A stretch of 64,000 bases of DNA from Candidatus Eremiobacteraceae bacterium (GTDB taxonomy: Bacteria; Vulcanimicrobiota; Vulcanimicrobiia; Eremiobacterales; Eremiobacteraceae). Location of the stretch: the NCBI GenBank assembly GCA_035710745.1, contig DASTCX010000035.1, positions 30,891 through 94,890 of the forward strand, written 5' to 3'. Positions 18,248 to 27,246 of this stretch are shown piece by piece. The notes beneath the pieces were generated by a model, which saw only the letters and a list, made by a program, of their open reading frames with translations, did not search any database and was not told the DNA's origin. The translations under genes and the position numbers were made by a program. The first letter of the stretch is position 1. Every line of letters begins with the position of its first letter.

Positions 18248-18799
18248 ATGTGGAACCTCACGGAGCCGTGGTGGGAGATCCCGCTGCGAACGGCGCTCGT
18301 CTATTTCTCGGTCCTCGTCGGCGTGCGGCTCGCCGGCAAGCGCGAGATAGGTCAGATGACGGCGTTCGATCTCGTCCTTCTTCTTCTGCTGAGCAACGCG
18401 GTCCAAAACGCGATGACCGGGCCGGATACGTCGGTCGTCGGCGGGATCGAGGCCGCAGTGACCCTTTTCATCGTCAATGCATTCATCGTGTATGTCGCTT
18501 TCCGCATCCCCCGCGTCCAGAAACAGCTCGCCGGTAGGGCGACGCTCCTCATCAGCAACGGCCAGATCATCACGCAGAATCTGCACACGGAGCTCATCAC
18601 GCAAGACGAGCTTCTCGCGGCGTTGCGCGAGCACGGCGTCGAATCGCCGGCGGAGGTCGCGCTGGCCGTCCTCGAAGTCGACGGCAGCATCAGCGTCGTC
18701 CGGCGCGATGACGTCGAGGCCGACACACCGGAAGAGCCGCGTTTCAATCGCGGCAAGCCCGCCCGCCGACCGATCCGCTTCCTCCACGCCCGCCACTAA
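18248..18799 (+). CDS. DUF421 (YetF-like) membrane protein
   Basis: LRTALVYFSVLVGVRLAGKREIGQMTAFDLVLLLLLSNAVQNAM followed by a soluble C-terminal domain (ITQDELLAALREHGVESPAEVALAVLEVDGSISVV). Confidence 0.75.
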   Translation: MWNLTEPWWEIPLRTALVYFSVLVGVRLAGKREIGQMTAFDLVLLLLLSNAVQNAMTGPDTSVVGGIEAAVTLFIVNAFIVYVAFRIPRVQKQLAGRATLLISNGQIITQNLHTELITQDELLAALREHGVESPAEVALAVLEVDGSISVVRRDDVEADTPEEPRFNRGKPARRPIRFLHARH

Positions 18800-18811
18800 C
18801 TCGGGGAACTG

Positions 18812-18836
18812 TGTAGTAGGCCGAGCGAAGCTCGGC
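18812..18836 (+). repeat. REP-like element type C (TGTAGTAGGCCGAGCGAAGCTCGGC)
   Basis: GTAG head plus stem GGCCGAGC/GCTCGGCC around the GCGAAGC mini-hairpin core. Identical copies at 19988 and 27201. Lies 13 nt after the DUF421 stop. Confidence 0.85.
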
Positions 18837-18886
18837 GGTTATATGTTAAACGCTTCGCGACTCCCATATCCGGGTAGGATATCCGT

Positions 18887-19273
18887 ATGATCGCACTTAT
18901 AACATCAATCCTGCTCGCCGCAGCGGCGTGCGCGAACCCGAGCATCGTCTCGACCGCGGTGCAATCCATGACAACCGATTCAAGCGGGCTAAATCATTAC
19001 ACTGTAGGCGTCACCATCCAGAACGTCGGCACAGTCCGCCAGCCGAGCGATCTGCTCCAATCGATCGTCGTCGAGCAGGACGGCGAGCGGGTCGACGTGA
19101 TCGGGCTATTGCCGCTGCGCCCGCGACAAACGCAGCACGTCGTCTACTCATTCGTCCGCTCTTCTGAGGCGGGCGCGGGCACGACGCATCTATCGTTCGC
19201 GCTCGACTTCAACAAGACGGGCGCCAACGTCACCTGTCACCGCGGCGCTGAGGATTCGTCGCTCGACATCTGA
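18887..19273 (+). CDS. Small lipoprotein, unknown function
   Basis: Lipobox ILLAAAAC|AN. 128 aa with a beta-rich pattern. AGGA lies upstream, within the inverted repeat ATATCC-GGGTA-GGATAT. Confidence 0.6.
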   Translation: MIALITSILLAAAACANPSIVSTAVQSMTTDSSGLNHYTVGVTIQNVGTVRQPSDLLQSIVVEQDGERVDVIGLLPLRPRQTQHVVYSFVRSSEAGAGTTHLSFALDFNKTGANVTCHRGAEDSSLDI

Positions 19274-19372
19274 ACGCCGGAAAACATCGTTTGCCGCGTC
19301 GCTCCGCAGGGTAAGACAAGCATGCGATCCATCGGATCGCACCTCGCTACGTCTCGCAGGAGCGGATTTGCG

Positions 19373-19912
19373 ATGAAACGGATCCCGGCAGTCTTGTTCG
19401 TCCTCGCTCTCGTCACGTGTATCGCGGCGCCCGTCGAGGGTCGAGCGGCGACATCCAGCGCGAGCGATCTTTCACTCAAGCTCGGCGCGCTCTTCCCAGC
19501 CAATGGAGATTCGCGCGATCTCGGCGGCAGCACGCAGTACGTCATCGGCCTCGACTACCTACTGCATTCAGCGTCGACGAGCACGAGCGCGACGTCGATC
19601 TATCTCGATTACCTAGGCGGCTCGAAGAACTCCGGCAGCATCCATTCGACAGGCGTCGGCGTCGCTTTACGTTCGAGTGGTACCGCATATTTCGGAGCGG
19701 GTCTCGGCATCTATTCGACGAGCGTCCAGTTCGACGAGGACGCGGATGACAGGTTCCGCTCGAACACGTCCTCGACGGGCGGCGGCGGCAAAGTCTTTGC
19801 CGGCTTCGATCTCGGCAGCGGCGTCGATCTCGAGTTCGACTACCACATCTTGCCTGCGGCCGGCGGCGTCAACCCGAGCGGCGCGGCGCTCGAAGTCGGC
19901 ATCCGCCTCTAA
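19373..19912 (+). CDS. Putative small outer-membrane beta-barrel protein
   Basis: AGGAG before the ATG at 19373. Signal peptide MKRIPAVLFVLALVTCIAAPVEGRA. Alternating hydrophobic strands and Gly-rich turns (GAGLGIYS, KVFAGFDLGSGVDLEFDYHIL, AALEVGIRL). Confidence 0.5.
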   Translation: MKRIPAVLFVLALVTCIAAPVEGRAATSSASDLSLKLGALFPANGDSRDLGGSTQYVIGLDYLLHSASTSTSATSIYLDYLGGSKNSGSIHSTGVGVALRSSGTAYFGAGLGIYSTSVQFDEDADDRFRSNTSSTGGGGKVFAGFDLGSGVDLEFDYHILPAAGGVNPSGAALEVGIRL

Positions 19913-19940
19913 ACTGCCACGACTTTCGATTTTCGATCAA

Positions 19941-19973
19941 GGGAGCGGTCGAGATTCATCTCGACCGCGGCGG
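19941..19973 (+). repeat. REP-like element type A
   Basis: GGGAGCGGTCGAGATTCATCTCGACCGCGGCGG, between convergent genes. Confidence 0.85.
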
Positions 19974-19987
19974 CCTTATATCTTGAG

Positions 19988-20012
19988 TGTAGTAGGCCGA
20001 GCGAAGCTCGGC
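19988..20012 (+). repeat. REP-like element type C
   Basis: TGTAGTAGGCCGAGCGAAGCTCGGC, identical to 18812 and 27201. Confidence 0.85.
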
Positions 20013-20039
20013 TCCGTTGTCGAAGGGGCGCGGTCCCCT

Positions 20040-21194
20040 TTAGTCCAGGATCGACAGCACGCGATCCACGTCCTCATCGGTATTGTAGCCGTGGGGTGCG
20101 AATCGAACACCGGTGTCGCGGATCGTCACTTGAACGCTCGCTGCTCTCGCGCGGCGTTGCAGCTCTTCGACCGAGTTGCGCCCCCGGCCGGCGACGACGA
20201 TGCCGGAACGAACCGCGGGCTCGACGTCGCCGACGATCGGCAGACCGAGGCTCCATACGCCTGCGATGAAGCGATCGCCGAGCCGAAGCACGTGCGCTTC
20301 TATGTTCGGCAGACCTGCATCGGTTATGAGGCGCAAGCTTTCGCCAAAGCCGATCGCCGCGGGATAGTTGACAGTCGCTCCGTCGAACCGTCGCGCACCG
20401 GGGAGCAACGGCTGCGCATAGTCCAAAAAACGCATCGGCTCTTTGACCGAACGCCAAGAGCACAATGCAGGCCGTAGCCGCTCGGCGAGCTCACGCCGGA
20501 CGTAGACGACCGAAAGTCCTTGCGGCGACAGCAGCCACTTCGCGACGCCGAAATAACAGACGTCGATGTCGCACGCCGCGACGTCGAGCGGCAGATGACC
20601 GAAACCTTGGATCGCGTCGACCGCGAAGATGATGCCTTTAGCTTTGCACCACGCGCCGAGCGCCGCAAGATCGTGCCGATATCCGTCCGAGAAGCCGACG
20701 TAGGACACGGTCACGACGCGCGTGCGATCCGTGACGAGACGCTCGAGCGTTTCGACCGTGAGCCGCTGTCCGGGGGCGCGGACGAGCACGGGACGCACGC
20801 CGACATCGTGCAAGTTGAGCCACGGATACGCGTTTGCGCCGAATTCGTTATCGCTCAGGATGACCTCATCGCCATCGCGCCAGTCGAGCCCGTTCGCGAC
20901 GACAAGCGCTCCGTCCGAGGTCGAGCGCATGAAGGCGATCTCATCCGCCGTCGTACCGATCGCCTCGGCGACCGCGGATCGCACCGCCTCGAGGCGCGAT
21001 TCTATGTCGAGTATGCCGGCGCAGCCGTCGCCCGTCTGGGCGTCGAGCGCTGCCACCACCGCGTCGCGCGTCGGCTGGGGCAAGGGGCCGACCGAGGCGT
21101 GGTCGCAGTACGCCCATCGCCTGGTGATCGGAAACACACCGGGATCGAGCGGCGGCGACGGATGCGCCAGCCGTCCGATTGAGGATGTAGACAT
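20040..21194 (-). CDS. Class V aminotransferase / cysteine desulfurase-like PLP enzyme
   Basis: AYCDHASVGPLPQPTRDAV, AVDAIQGFGHLPLDV, YFGVAKWLLSPQGLSVVYV (PLP lysine). Start ATG 21194, alternative GTG 21137. The 432-aa ORF in the track is over-extended. Confidence 0.75.
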   Translation of the reverse strand: MSTSSIGRLAHPSPPLDPGVFPITRRWAYCDHASVGPLPQPTRDAVVAALDAQTGDGCAGILDIESRLEAVRSAVAEAIGTTADEIAFMRSTSDGALVVANGLDWRDGDEVILSDNEFGANAYPWLNLHDVGVRPVLVRAPGQRLTVETLERLVTDRTRVVTVSYVGFSDGYRHDLAALGAWCKAKGIIFAVDAIQGFGHLPLDVAACDIDVCYFGVAKWLLSPQGLSVVYVRRELAERLRPALCSWRSVKEPMRFLDYAQPLLPGARRFDGATVNYPAAIGFGESLRLITDAGLPNIEAHVLRLGDRFIAGVWSLGLPIVGDVEPAVRSGIVVAGRGRNSVEELQRRARAASVQVTIRDTGVRFAPHGYNTDEDVDRVLSILD

Positions 21195-22011
21195 GCTCGC
21201 ACGCAATTCGCTCGCATCACCCGGTCGCCTTTCGCGCATCGTCGCGTTGACGATCGCGCTGCTCATATCCGTCGTCGCGTTCGAAACGCGCGCGCTCGGA
21301 TCCGATTCGATTCCGACGGTCGTCGAGAAGGGCCACACGTACGTCGCGGTCGAGCCGCTGCTCCGAGATCTCGAGATCGGCTACGACATCGAAGGATCGC
21401 ACCTGACCGTCAACGGCCGCTCGTATCCGCCCGCACTCGTCGAGATCAACGGCATGTCGATGGCGAACGCGCGCGATCTCGCGGCGTTCCTCAACTTGAA
21501 ACTCACCGACGACCACGGCTCCCTCGTGTTCGGGCAGCCACAGACGCCGGCGCCGTCGCATGCGGAGGCGCCGCCCGATCCCGACCTCGATGCGATCCGC
21601 GCGCAACTGATCGCGTTGCTCGACGAGCATCGCAACGCGCAAGGCGTCGGACCCCTCGGCATCGATCCGCGCGCGCAGGCGGCTGCCCAAGCGCACGCGC
21701 TCGACATGGCCCGCGATGGCGTCCTCCGCCACGTCGACCCCGATGGCCGAACACCGTTCGACCGCTATCACGCGCAAGGCGGCCACAGCAGATTCTACGC
21801 GGAAAACGTCGCGTGGTACGGCCTGGCGGACGCCAGCCGCGCTGCGCTCGCAAGCGCGATCTCAAAGCTCGACTCGCAGATGATGGCGGAGCGGCCGCCC
21901 GACGACGGCCACCGCGCCAACATCGTCTCGCCGATCTATGATTCCGTCGGCATCGGGATCGCCGTCGGTCCTAACGGCATCTACCTGACCGAAGACTTCT
22001 CCGGCAGCTGA
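21193..22011 (+). CDS. Secreted CAP/SCP (YkwD-like) domain protein
   Basis: Signal peptide MLARNSLASPGRLSRIVALTIALLISVVAF. N-terminal copper-amine-oxidase-N-like segment (TYVAVEPLLRDLEIGYDIEG). C-terminal CAP pattern (LLDEHRNAQGVGPL..AQAHALDMA..RFYAENVAW). Confidence 0.7.
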   Translation: MLARNSLASPGRLSRIVALTIALLISVVAFETRALGSDSIPTVVEKGHTYVAVEPLLRDLEIGYDIEGSHLTVNGRSYPPALVEINGMSMANARDLAAFLNLKLTDDHGSLVFGQPQTPAPSHAEAPPDPDLDAIRAQLIALLDEHRNAQGVGPLGIDPRAQAAAQAHALDMARDGVLRHVDPDGRTPFDRYHAQGGHSRFYAENVAWYGLADASRAALASAISKLDSQMMAERPPDDGHRANIVSPIYDSVGIGIAVGPNGIYLTEDFSGS

Positions 22012-22097
22012 CCTGCAGGGCGGGTAGGGCTCGTAAGAGCGCCCCGCAAACTCATCGCCCTTCGCGCACCGGATCAAGAGCGAAAGGAGCGACGGTC

Positions 22098-22952
22098 GTG
22101 GCGGACATCCAGAAGGTCGGCGTCTGCGGATGCGGTTTGATGGGATCGGGCATCGCGCAAGTCGCCGCGACCGCAGGGTGCGACGTCGTCGTCCTCGAGG
22201 CCGATCGTGCCGCGCTCGACCGTGGCATGGCGGGCATCCGCAAATCGCTCGACAAGTTCGTCGAAAAAGGCGCGATGGACGCGGCTGCTCGCGATGCGAT
22301 ACTCGGCCGCATTCGGACGACGACCGACGTCGCCGATCTCAAGGATCGCGATCTCGTCATCGAAGCGATCGTCGAGAACATGGCGGTGAAGAAAGAGCTC
22401 TTCGCCGCGCTCGACAAGCTGCTCGCGCCGCATGCCATCATCTGCTCGAACACGTCGAGCCTGTGCGTCGTCGAGATGGCCGCGGCGACGAAGCGCCCGA
22501 AGCAAGTCGCCGGGCTTCACTTCTTCAATCCCGTGCCGCTCATGAAGCTCGTCGAGATCGTCAAGACGATCGTGACGGATCAACCGACTATCGACGCGCT
22601 GTTCGCCTTCGCGAAACGCCTCGGCAAGACGCCGATCCTCGCACAAGATACTCCGGGCTTCATCGTCAACCGCCTGCTCGTGCCGTATCTGCTCTACGCG
22701 ATCCGCATGTACGAGGCCGGCCTCGCGTCGCGCGAGGACATCGATGAAGGCATGAAGCTCGGTTGCGGTCACCCGATGGGCCCGCTGACTCTGCTCGACT
22801 TCGTCGGGCTCGACACGACATATTACATCGCGGAGATCATGTTCGACGAATTCAAGGATCCGCTCATGGCGCCCCCGCCGCTGCTCAAGCGGATGGTGCT
22901 CGCCGGCTACTACGGCCGCAAATCCGGCCGCGGCTTCTACGAATACAAGTGA
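22098..22952 (+). CDS. hbd: 3-hydroxybutyryl-CoA / 3-hydroxyacyl-CoA dehydrogenase
   Basis: VGVCGCGLMGSGIAQV Rossmann motif, GLHFFNPVPLMKLVEIV, GFIVNRLL, GHPMGPLTLLDFVGLD. GTG start after AAAGGAG. Confidence 0.9.
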   Translation: MADIQKVGVCGCGLMGSGIAQVAATAGCDVVVLEADRAALDRGMAGIRKSLDKFVEKGAMDAAARDAILGRIRTTTDVADLKDRDLVIEAIVENMAVKKELFAALDKLLAPHAIICSNTSSLCVVEMAAATKRPKQVAGLHFFNPVPLMKLVEIVKTIVTDQPTIDALFAFAKRLGKTPILAQDTPGFIVNRLLVPYLLYAIRMYEAGLASREDIDEGMKLGCGHPMGPLTLLDFVGLDTTYYIAEIMFDEFKDPLMAPPPLLKRMVLAGYYGRKSGRGFYEYK

Positions 22953-22974
22953 CGCCCTAAGCGCGAGGAGCGAT

Positions 22975-23760
22975 ATGCCGTACGAGAATATCTTGGTCGA
23001 GCGCGACGGTCCCGTCGCCGTCGTGACGCTCAACCGTCCGAAAGCGCTCAACGCGCTCAACGAGGCGTTGCTCGGCGAGGTCGAGCGCGCGATGCACGAA
23101 CTGGAGACGGACCGTTCGGTGCTCGCGGTCGTCATCACGGGCAGCGGCGAAAAAGCGTTCGCGGCCGGCGCCGACATCAGCGAACTCGCGCGCCTACCCG
23201 ACGCCGCGGCGGCGACGACGAAGGCGAAATCCGGTCATCGCGTCACCCACGCGATCGAGCATTCGCGATTGCCCGTGATCATGGCCATCAACGGCTACGC
23301 GCTCGGCGGCGGACTCGAACTCGCGATGGCGGGCGACTTCCGCATCGCCTCGCGCAATGCGAAGCTCGGCCAGCCCGAGGTCAATCTCGGGATCATCGCC
23401 GGCTTCGGCGGCTCGCAGCGTCTACCGAGACTCGTCGGCCAAGGCATGGCGTCGTATATGCTCCTTACGGGCGAGCCGATTTCGGCCGATGAGGCCAAGC
23501 AGTGCAATCTCGTCGAGAAGGTCGTCGAGCCCGGCGCCCTGCTCGACGAGGCAAAGCGGTTGGCGAAGATCATCGCCTCAAAGGGGCCGCTCGCGATAGC
23601 CGCGACGAAACGCGCGATTCACAAAGGATTGCAGACCGATCTCCACAGCGCGCTCGAGCTCGAGGCCGAGGAGTTCGGCAAAGTCGCGGTGAGCGCGGAT
23701 GCCAAAGAAGGCACGGCCGCGTTCCTCGAAAAGCGACAAGCCGCGTTCAAAGGCGAGTGA
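22975..23760 (+). CDS. Enoyl-CoA hydratase (crotonase family)
   Basis: VITGSGEKAFAAGADISEL, INGYALGGGLELAMAGDFRIAS, EGTAAFLEKR. Confidence 0.9.
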   Translation: MPYENILVERDGPVAVVTLNRPKALNALNEALLGEVERAMHELETDRSVLAVVITGSGEKAFAAGADISELARLPDAAAATTKAKSGHRVTHAIEHSRLPVIMAINGYALGGGLELAMAGDFRIASRNAKLGQPEVNLGIIAGFGGSQRLPRLVGQGMASYMLLTGEPISADEAKQCNLVEKVVEPGALLDEAKRLAKIIASKGPLAIAATKRAIHKGLQTDLHSALELEAEEFGKVAVSADAKEGTAAFLEKRQAAFKGE

Positions 23761-23770
23761 CCCAGAGGAT

Positions 23771-23901
23771 GTAGCGGTCGAGCTTCAGCTCGACCGCCGC
23801 GGTCTCGCTTTTTAGGATAGGGAGCGGTCGAGATTTATCTCGACCGCCGCGGTCTCGCTTTTTAGGATAGGGAGCGGTCGAGATTTATCTCGACCGCCGC
23901 G
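23771..23901. repeat. Tandem REP cluster (BIME-like): type B (rc), type A, type A with a 50-bp period
   Basis: GTAGCGGTCGAGCTTCAGCTCGACCGCCGCGG, then twice GGGAGCGGTCGAGATTTATCTCGACCGCCGCG(G). The units are separated by the identical 17-nt spacer TCTCGCTTTTTAGGATA. Lies between convergent crt and the SRPBCC gene. Confidence 0.9.
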
Positions 23902-23913
23902 CTCTAGCCAGGC

Positions 23914-24366
23914 TTACCTTCGCGGCCGGCGATAGCGCGCTTCGACGGCCGTGCGCAATTTGACGACGCCCCGATCGAGCGTCTGCTCGAGCATCCGTTG
24001 GAACGGGATGCGAAACACCTTGGCGAGGATACCGTTGAACGATTCGCTCGTGCGGACGATCGTCCGGCCTTCGGCGGGCTCGAGCCGCCATACATGGCGA
24101 GCGGTGATGCCGAGAGTTCTCCCGACCCAGCCGATTTCGCGCGGTCGGACAAGCGTTTTGAACGTCGACGTGATCGTGCCGGCGCTCGTCTTCCAGCGGA
24201 AGACGCTCCCGACGTCGACGGGACCGTCGAGCGCGACCGCCTTCACATCCTGGTTCCACTCGGGCCAGCGCTCGACGTTCGCGAGGACGTCCCATATGGT
24301 CGCCGCGTCCGCGGCGATTTCGATCTGACTCGCGGCCGCTACGGGCGCGTTGAAGTCGATCTCCAT
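23914..24366 (-). CDS. SRPBCC/START-like (polyketide cyclase-dehydrase type) protein
   Basis: IEIAADAATIWDVLANVERWPEWNQDVKAV..RFRWKT pattern. 150 aa from ATG 24366. Confidence 0.7.
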   Translation of the reverse strand: MEIDFNAPVAAASQIEIAADAATIWDVLANVERWPEWNQDVKAVALDGPVDVGSVFRWKTSAGTITSTFKTLVRPREIGWVGRTLGITARHVWRLEPAEGRTIVRTSESFNGILAKVFRIPFQRMLEQTLDRGVVKLRTAVEARYRRPRR

Positions 24367-24433
24367 AACCGCATGATACCCCCAAGCGCCCCTTATTACC
24401 CGCAAATGAACGGGCCGGGACTTTCAGACTCGG

Positions 24434-25327
24434 TCAGACCGTCGTCGACGGAGTGGGATTGGGCGTCGGCGTCGGACGCGGCTTTACCGTCGGCGATGCG
24501 TTCGACGTCGTGCTCGGCTCCGGGCTGGGCGTCACGAGTGGAATCGTTTCGATCGGCGTCGGTGCGGAAGTCGCCGATGGCAACGGGGATGATCTCGTGA
24601 TCAGGCCATTCGCATAGTGAGAGGCGTCCGTCGCCAGACGTTGCGCGGCCGCGACGCCGCCTGCATATACGAGGGTCGCGTAGCCGGCGCCGCCGAGCAT
24701 CACGATACCGAGCAATGGAGCGATCGCACCGAGCTTCGAATTGACGACGACCGTTCCGGCGACCAGATCGCCGACGCGCTGCCGTCTCGGCAGCAGCGCG
24801 GCGAGCAGAAAACCGATGACGACGAGGTCGAGCGGCAGGATGAGTTCGCGTACGAATGTGCGCCCGAGCCCCGCCCGGCCCCCGCCGTTGCGTCCGACGA
24901 CGAGTCCGAAGAGCAGCTTGCCCGGCGTCGATCCAAGTATGCCGCTGAAGAGCCAGCGATACGCGAAAAGCGCGATCGCGACGACGAGCGCCAGCTGAAG
25001 GAAGCCGCCGAGGGAAAGCTCGCCGTTCGAGGCCCGCGTGATCCATACGCGCGCCGCCATCGCGATGAGCATTCCCACGAAGACGATGTCGACGAGCAGC
25101 GCGAGCGTGCGGCGGACGATGTACGCGCCGACGTCCCCGTGGTCGGGTGCGACGGGCGGCGGCGGACCGGGGAATATCTGGCGCGCTTCAGGTGGCAGCG
25201 TCGATGCCGCATGCGCGGAATGCTCGGGCGTCGATTCCGCTGCCGGCCGGTCGAGCACCGCGCCGCAACTCGTGCAAAACGCGGAGGGCCGGTCTTGCTC
25301 GCGGCCGCAGGAAGGGCACGTCGCCAC
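24434..25327 (-). CDS. RDD-family membrane protein with N-terminal zinc ribbon
   Basis: CPSCGREQDRPSAFCTSCG, RDD-type TM core (YIVRRTLALLVDIVFVGML..LPLDLVVIGFL) and a Pro/Thr/Ser-rich C-terminal tail. Confidence 0.7.
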   Translation of the reverse strand: MATCPSCGREQDRPSAFCTSCGAVLDRPAAESTPEHSAHAASTLPPEARQIFPGPPPPVAPDHGDVGAYIVRRTLALLVDIVFVGMLIAMAARVWITRASNGELSLGGFLQLALVVAIALFAYRWLFSGILGSTPGKLLFGLVVGRNGGGRAGLGRTFVRELILPLDLVVIGFLLAALLPRRQRVGDLVAGTVVVNSKLGAIAPLLGIVMLGGAGYATLVYAGGVAAAQRLATDASHYANGLITRSSPLPSATSAPTPIETIPLVTPSPEPSTTSNASPTVKPRPTPTPNPTPSTTV

Positions 25328-25339
25328 GCGCTTGACGCT

Positions 25340-26533
25340 CTAGAGAGCTTCGACGACGCCGGCGATCCCTTGACCGCCGCCGATGCATGCGCTCGCGACG
25401 CCGTATTTCTTCTTCCGCCGCCGCAGCTCGTGGAGCAGCGTGTACGTTATGCGCGCCCCGCTCGCTCCGAGCGGATGGCCGAGCGCGATCGCTCCGCCGT
25501 TCGGATTGAGCTTCGAGTCGTCGAGCCCGAGCTCGTCGACGCACGCGAGCACTTGCGGCGCGAACGCCTCGTTGATCTCGACGAGGTCCATGTCATCGAG
25601 CTTCATTCCCGCGCGCTCGACGGCTTGCGGGATCGCGAACGCGGGACCGATGCCCATGATGTCCGGGTCGACGCCGACGACTCCCCACGACACGAGCCTG
25701 CCGATCGGTTTGAGCCCATCTTTCTCCGCCTGCTTCGCGGTCGTCAACACGACTGCAGACGCCCCGTCCGTGATGCCGCTCGCGTTCCCCGGCGTGACGA
25801 TGCCGTCTTTGATGAAGCGCGCTGGTAATCTCGCGAGTTGCTCCATCGTGACGCCAGGACGCGGTCCTTCGTCTTTGTCGACGACGGTCGGGCCCTTCTT
25901 GCCGGCAACTTCGACCGGCACGATTTCTTCTGCGAAGTAGCCGCTCTCGATCGCTTTAGCGGCGCCGGCCTGTGACTTGAGGCTGAACTCATCCGCCTGT
26001 TGGCGCGAGATCTCATAGCGCTTCGCGAGATTCTCCGCGGTGATCGCCATGCCCATGCCGTTGTACGAATCGGTAAGGCCTTCCCAAAGGGCGTCTTCGA
26101 GCTTGCCCTGTCCGAGGCCAAGACCCCAGCGCGCACCGCGGATGACGTGCGGCGACTGGCTCATGTTCTCCATGCCGCCGGCCAAGACGTACGTCGCCTC
26201 GCCGAGGAGGAGCGATTGCGCACCCGAGACGATCGCCTGGAGACCTGAGCCGCACAGCCGATTGACGAGGAGCGCCGGCGTATCGATGCGACAGCCGGCT
26301 TTGAGACCGACGTGGCGGGCGCCGTAGATCGCATCCGCACTCGACTGGATGACGTTACCGAAGACGATCGTGTCGATCTTCTCAGGATCGACGTTCGAGC
26401 GCTTCATCGCGCCCTTCGCGGCCACGACGCCAAGATCGATGGCGCTGACGTCTCTCAGCACGCCGCCGAAATTGCCGAACGGCGTACGCGCGCCTTCGAC
26501 GATGACGATGTCGGGTCTCCCGTTGCTTGCCAC
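25340..26533 (-). CDS. Acetyl-CoA acetyltransferase (thiolase II)
   Basis: VNRLCGSGLQAI (active-site Cys), NEAFAPQVLA, GHPLGASGARI, CIGGGQGIAGVVE. GTG start. Confidence 0.92.
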   Translation of the reverse strand: MASNGRPDIVIVEGARTPFGNFGGVLRDVSAIDLGVVAAKGAMKRSNVDPEKIDTIVFGNVIQSSADAIYGARHVGLKAGCRIDTPALLVNRLCGSGLQAIVSGAQSLLLGEATYVLAGGMENMSQSPHVIRGARWGLGLGQGKLEDALWEGLTDSYNGMGMAITAENLAKRYEISRQQADEFSLKSQAGAAKAIESGYFAEEIVPVEVAGKKGPTVVDKDEGPRPGVTMEQLARLPARFIKDGIVTPGNASGITDGASAVVLTTAKQAEKDGLKPIGRLVSWGVVGVDPDIMGIGPAFAIPQAVERAGMKLDDMDLVEINEAFAPQVLACVDELGLDDSKLNPNGGAIALGHPLGASGARITYTLLHELRRRKKKYGVASACIGGGQGIAGVVEAL

Positions 26534-26608
26534 TTTGATTCCTTGCCCTTCGCTTTACGTTTCGGACGGCGATGCTTTGTCGGAAGGGCCGTACTGCCCT
26601 CGCACGCA

Positions 26609-27199
26609 ATGCCCGGTCGCATGCGTCAGGTAGCAGATAAGCCACGCTGCTCGTGGGCGGTCGGCGACCCGGATATGGTCGAGTACCACGACAAGGAGTG
26701 GGGCACGCCGGTCCATGACGACCGGGTCTTGTTCGAATTCATCATCCTCGAGGGTGCTCAAGCCGGACTGAGCTGGAGCACGATCCTCCATAAACGCGAC
26801 GGATATCGCCGCGCGTTCGCCGGCTTCGATCCGCGCAAGGTCGCACGTTTCGACGCGGCGCGGATCCGCAAGCTCTTGAAGGATCCGGGCATCGTCCGCA
26901 ATCGTCTCAAGATCGCCGGCGCCGTTCGCAACGCCAAAGCGTTCCTCGAAATCGCGAAGGAACACGGCAGCTTCAGCAAGTGGATCTGGCGGTTCGTCGG
27001 AGGCAAACCGATCGTGCGTCGCGGAAAGCGCAACGTCGACAATCCCTCGACGACAGCCGAATCAGATGCGCTCTCGAAAGCGCTAAAGGAAGCAGGCTTC
27101 ACGTTCGTCGGCTCGACGATCTGCTACGGGTTCATGCAAGCCGTCGGCATGGCCGACGATCACATCGCGACTTGCTTCCGCGCCAAACGCCGCCGATAA
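26609..27199 (+). CDS. tag: DNA-3-methyladenine glycosylase I
   Basis: VEYHDKEWGTPVHDDRVLFEFIILEGAQAGLSWSTILHKRDGYRRAF..GIVRNRLKI..NAKAF. Start ATG 26609 or 26621. The 295-aa ORF in the track is over-extended into the thiolase gene. Confidence 0.88.
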   Translation: MPGRMRQVADKPRCSWAVGDPDMVEYHDKEWGTPVHDDRVLFEFIILEGAQAGLSWSTILHKRDGYRRAFAGFDPRKVARFDAARIRKLLKDPGIVRNRLKIAGAVRNAKAFLEIAKEHGSFSKWIWRFVGGKPIVRRGKRNVDNPSTTAESDALSKALKEAGFTFVGSTICYGFMQAVGMADDHIATCFRAKRRR

Positions 27200-27200
27200 T

Positions 27201-27225
27201 TGTAGTAGGCCGAGCGAAGCTCGGC
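27201..27225 (+). repeat. REP-like element type C
   Basis: TGTAGTAGGCCGAGCGAAGCTCGGC, starting 2 nt after the tag stop. Confidence 0.85.
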
Positions 27226-27246
27226 ATTTGAGACGAGGAGGGCGGC

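Noticed and set aside
23771-23901. Possible CRISPR array (regularly spaced palindromic repeats).
   Set aside because: There are only three units, the spacers are 17 nt and identical to each other, and the repeat sequence recurs singly at many other loci. No cas genes are present. It fits a REP/BIME cluster.
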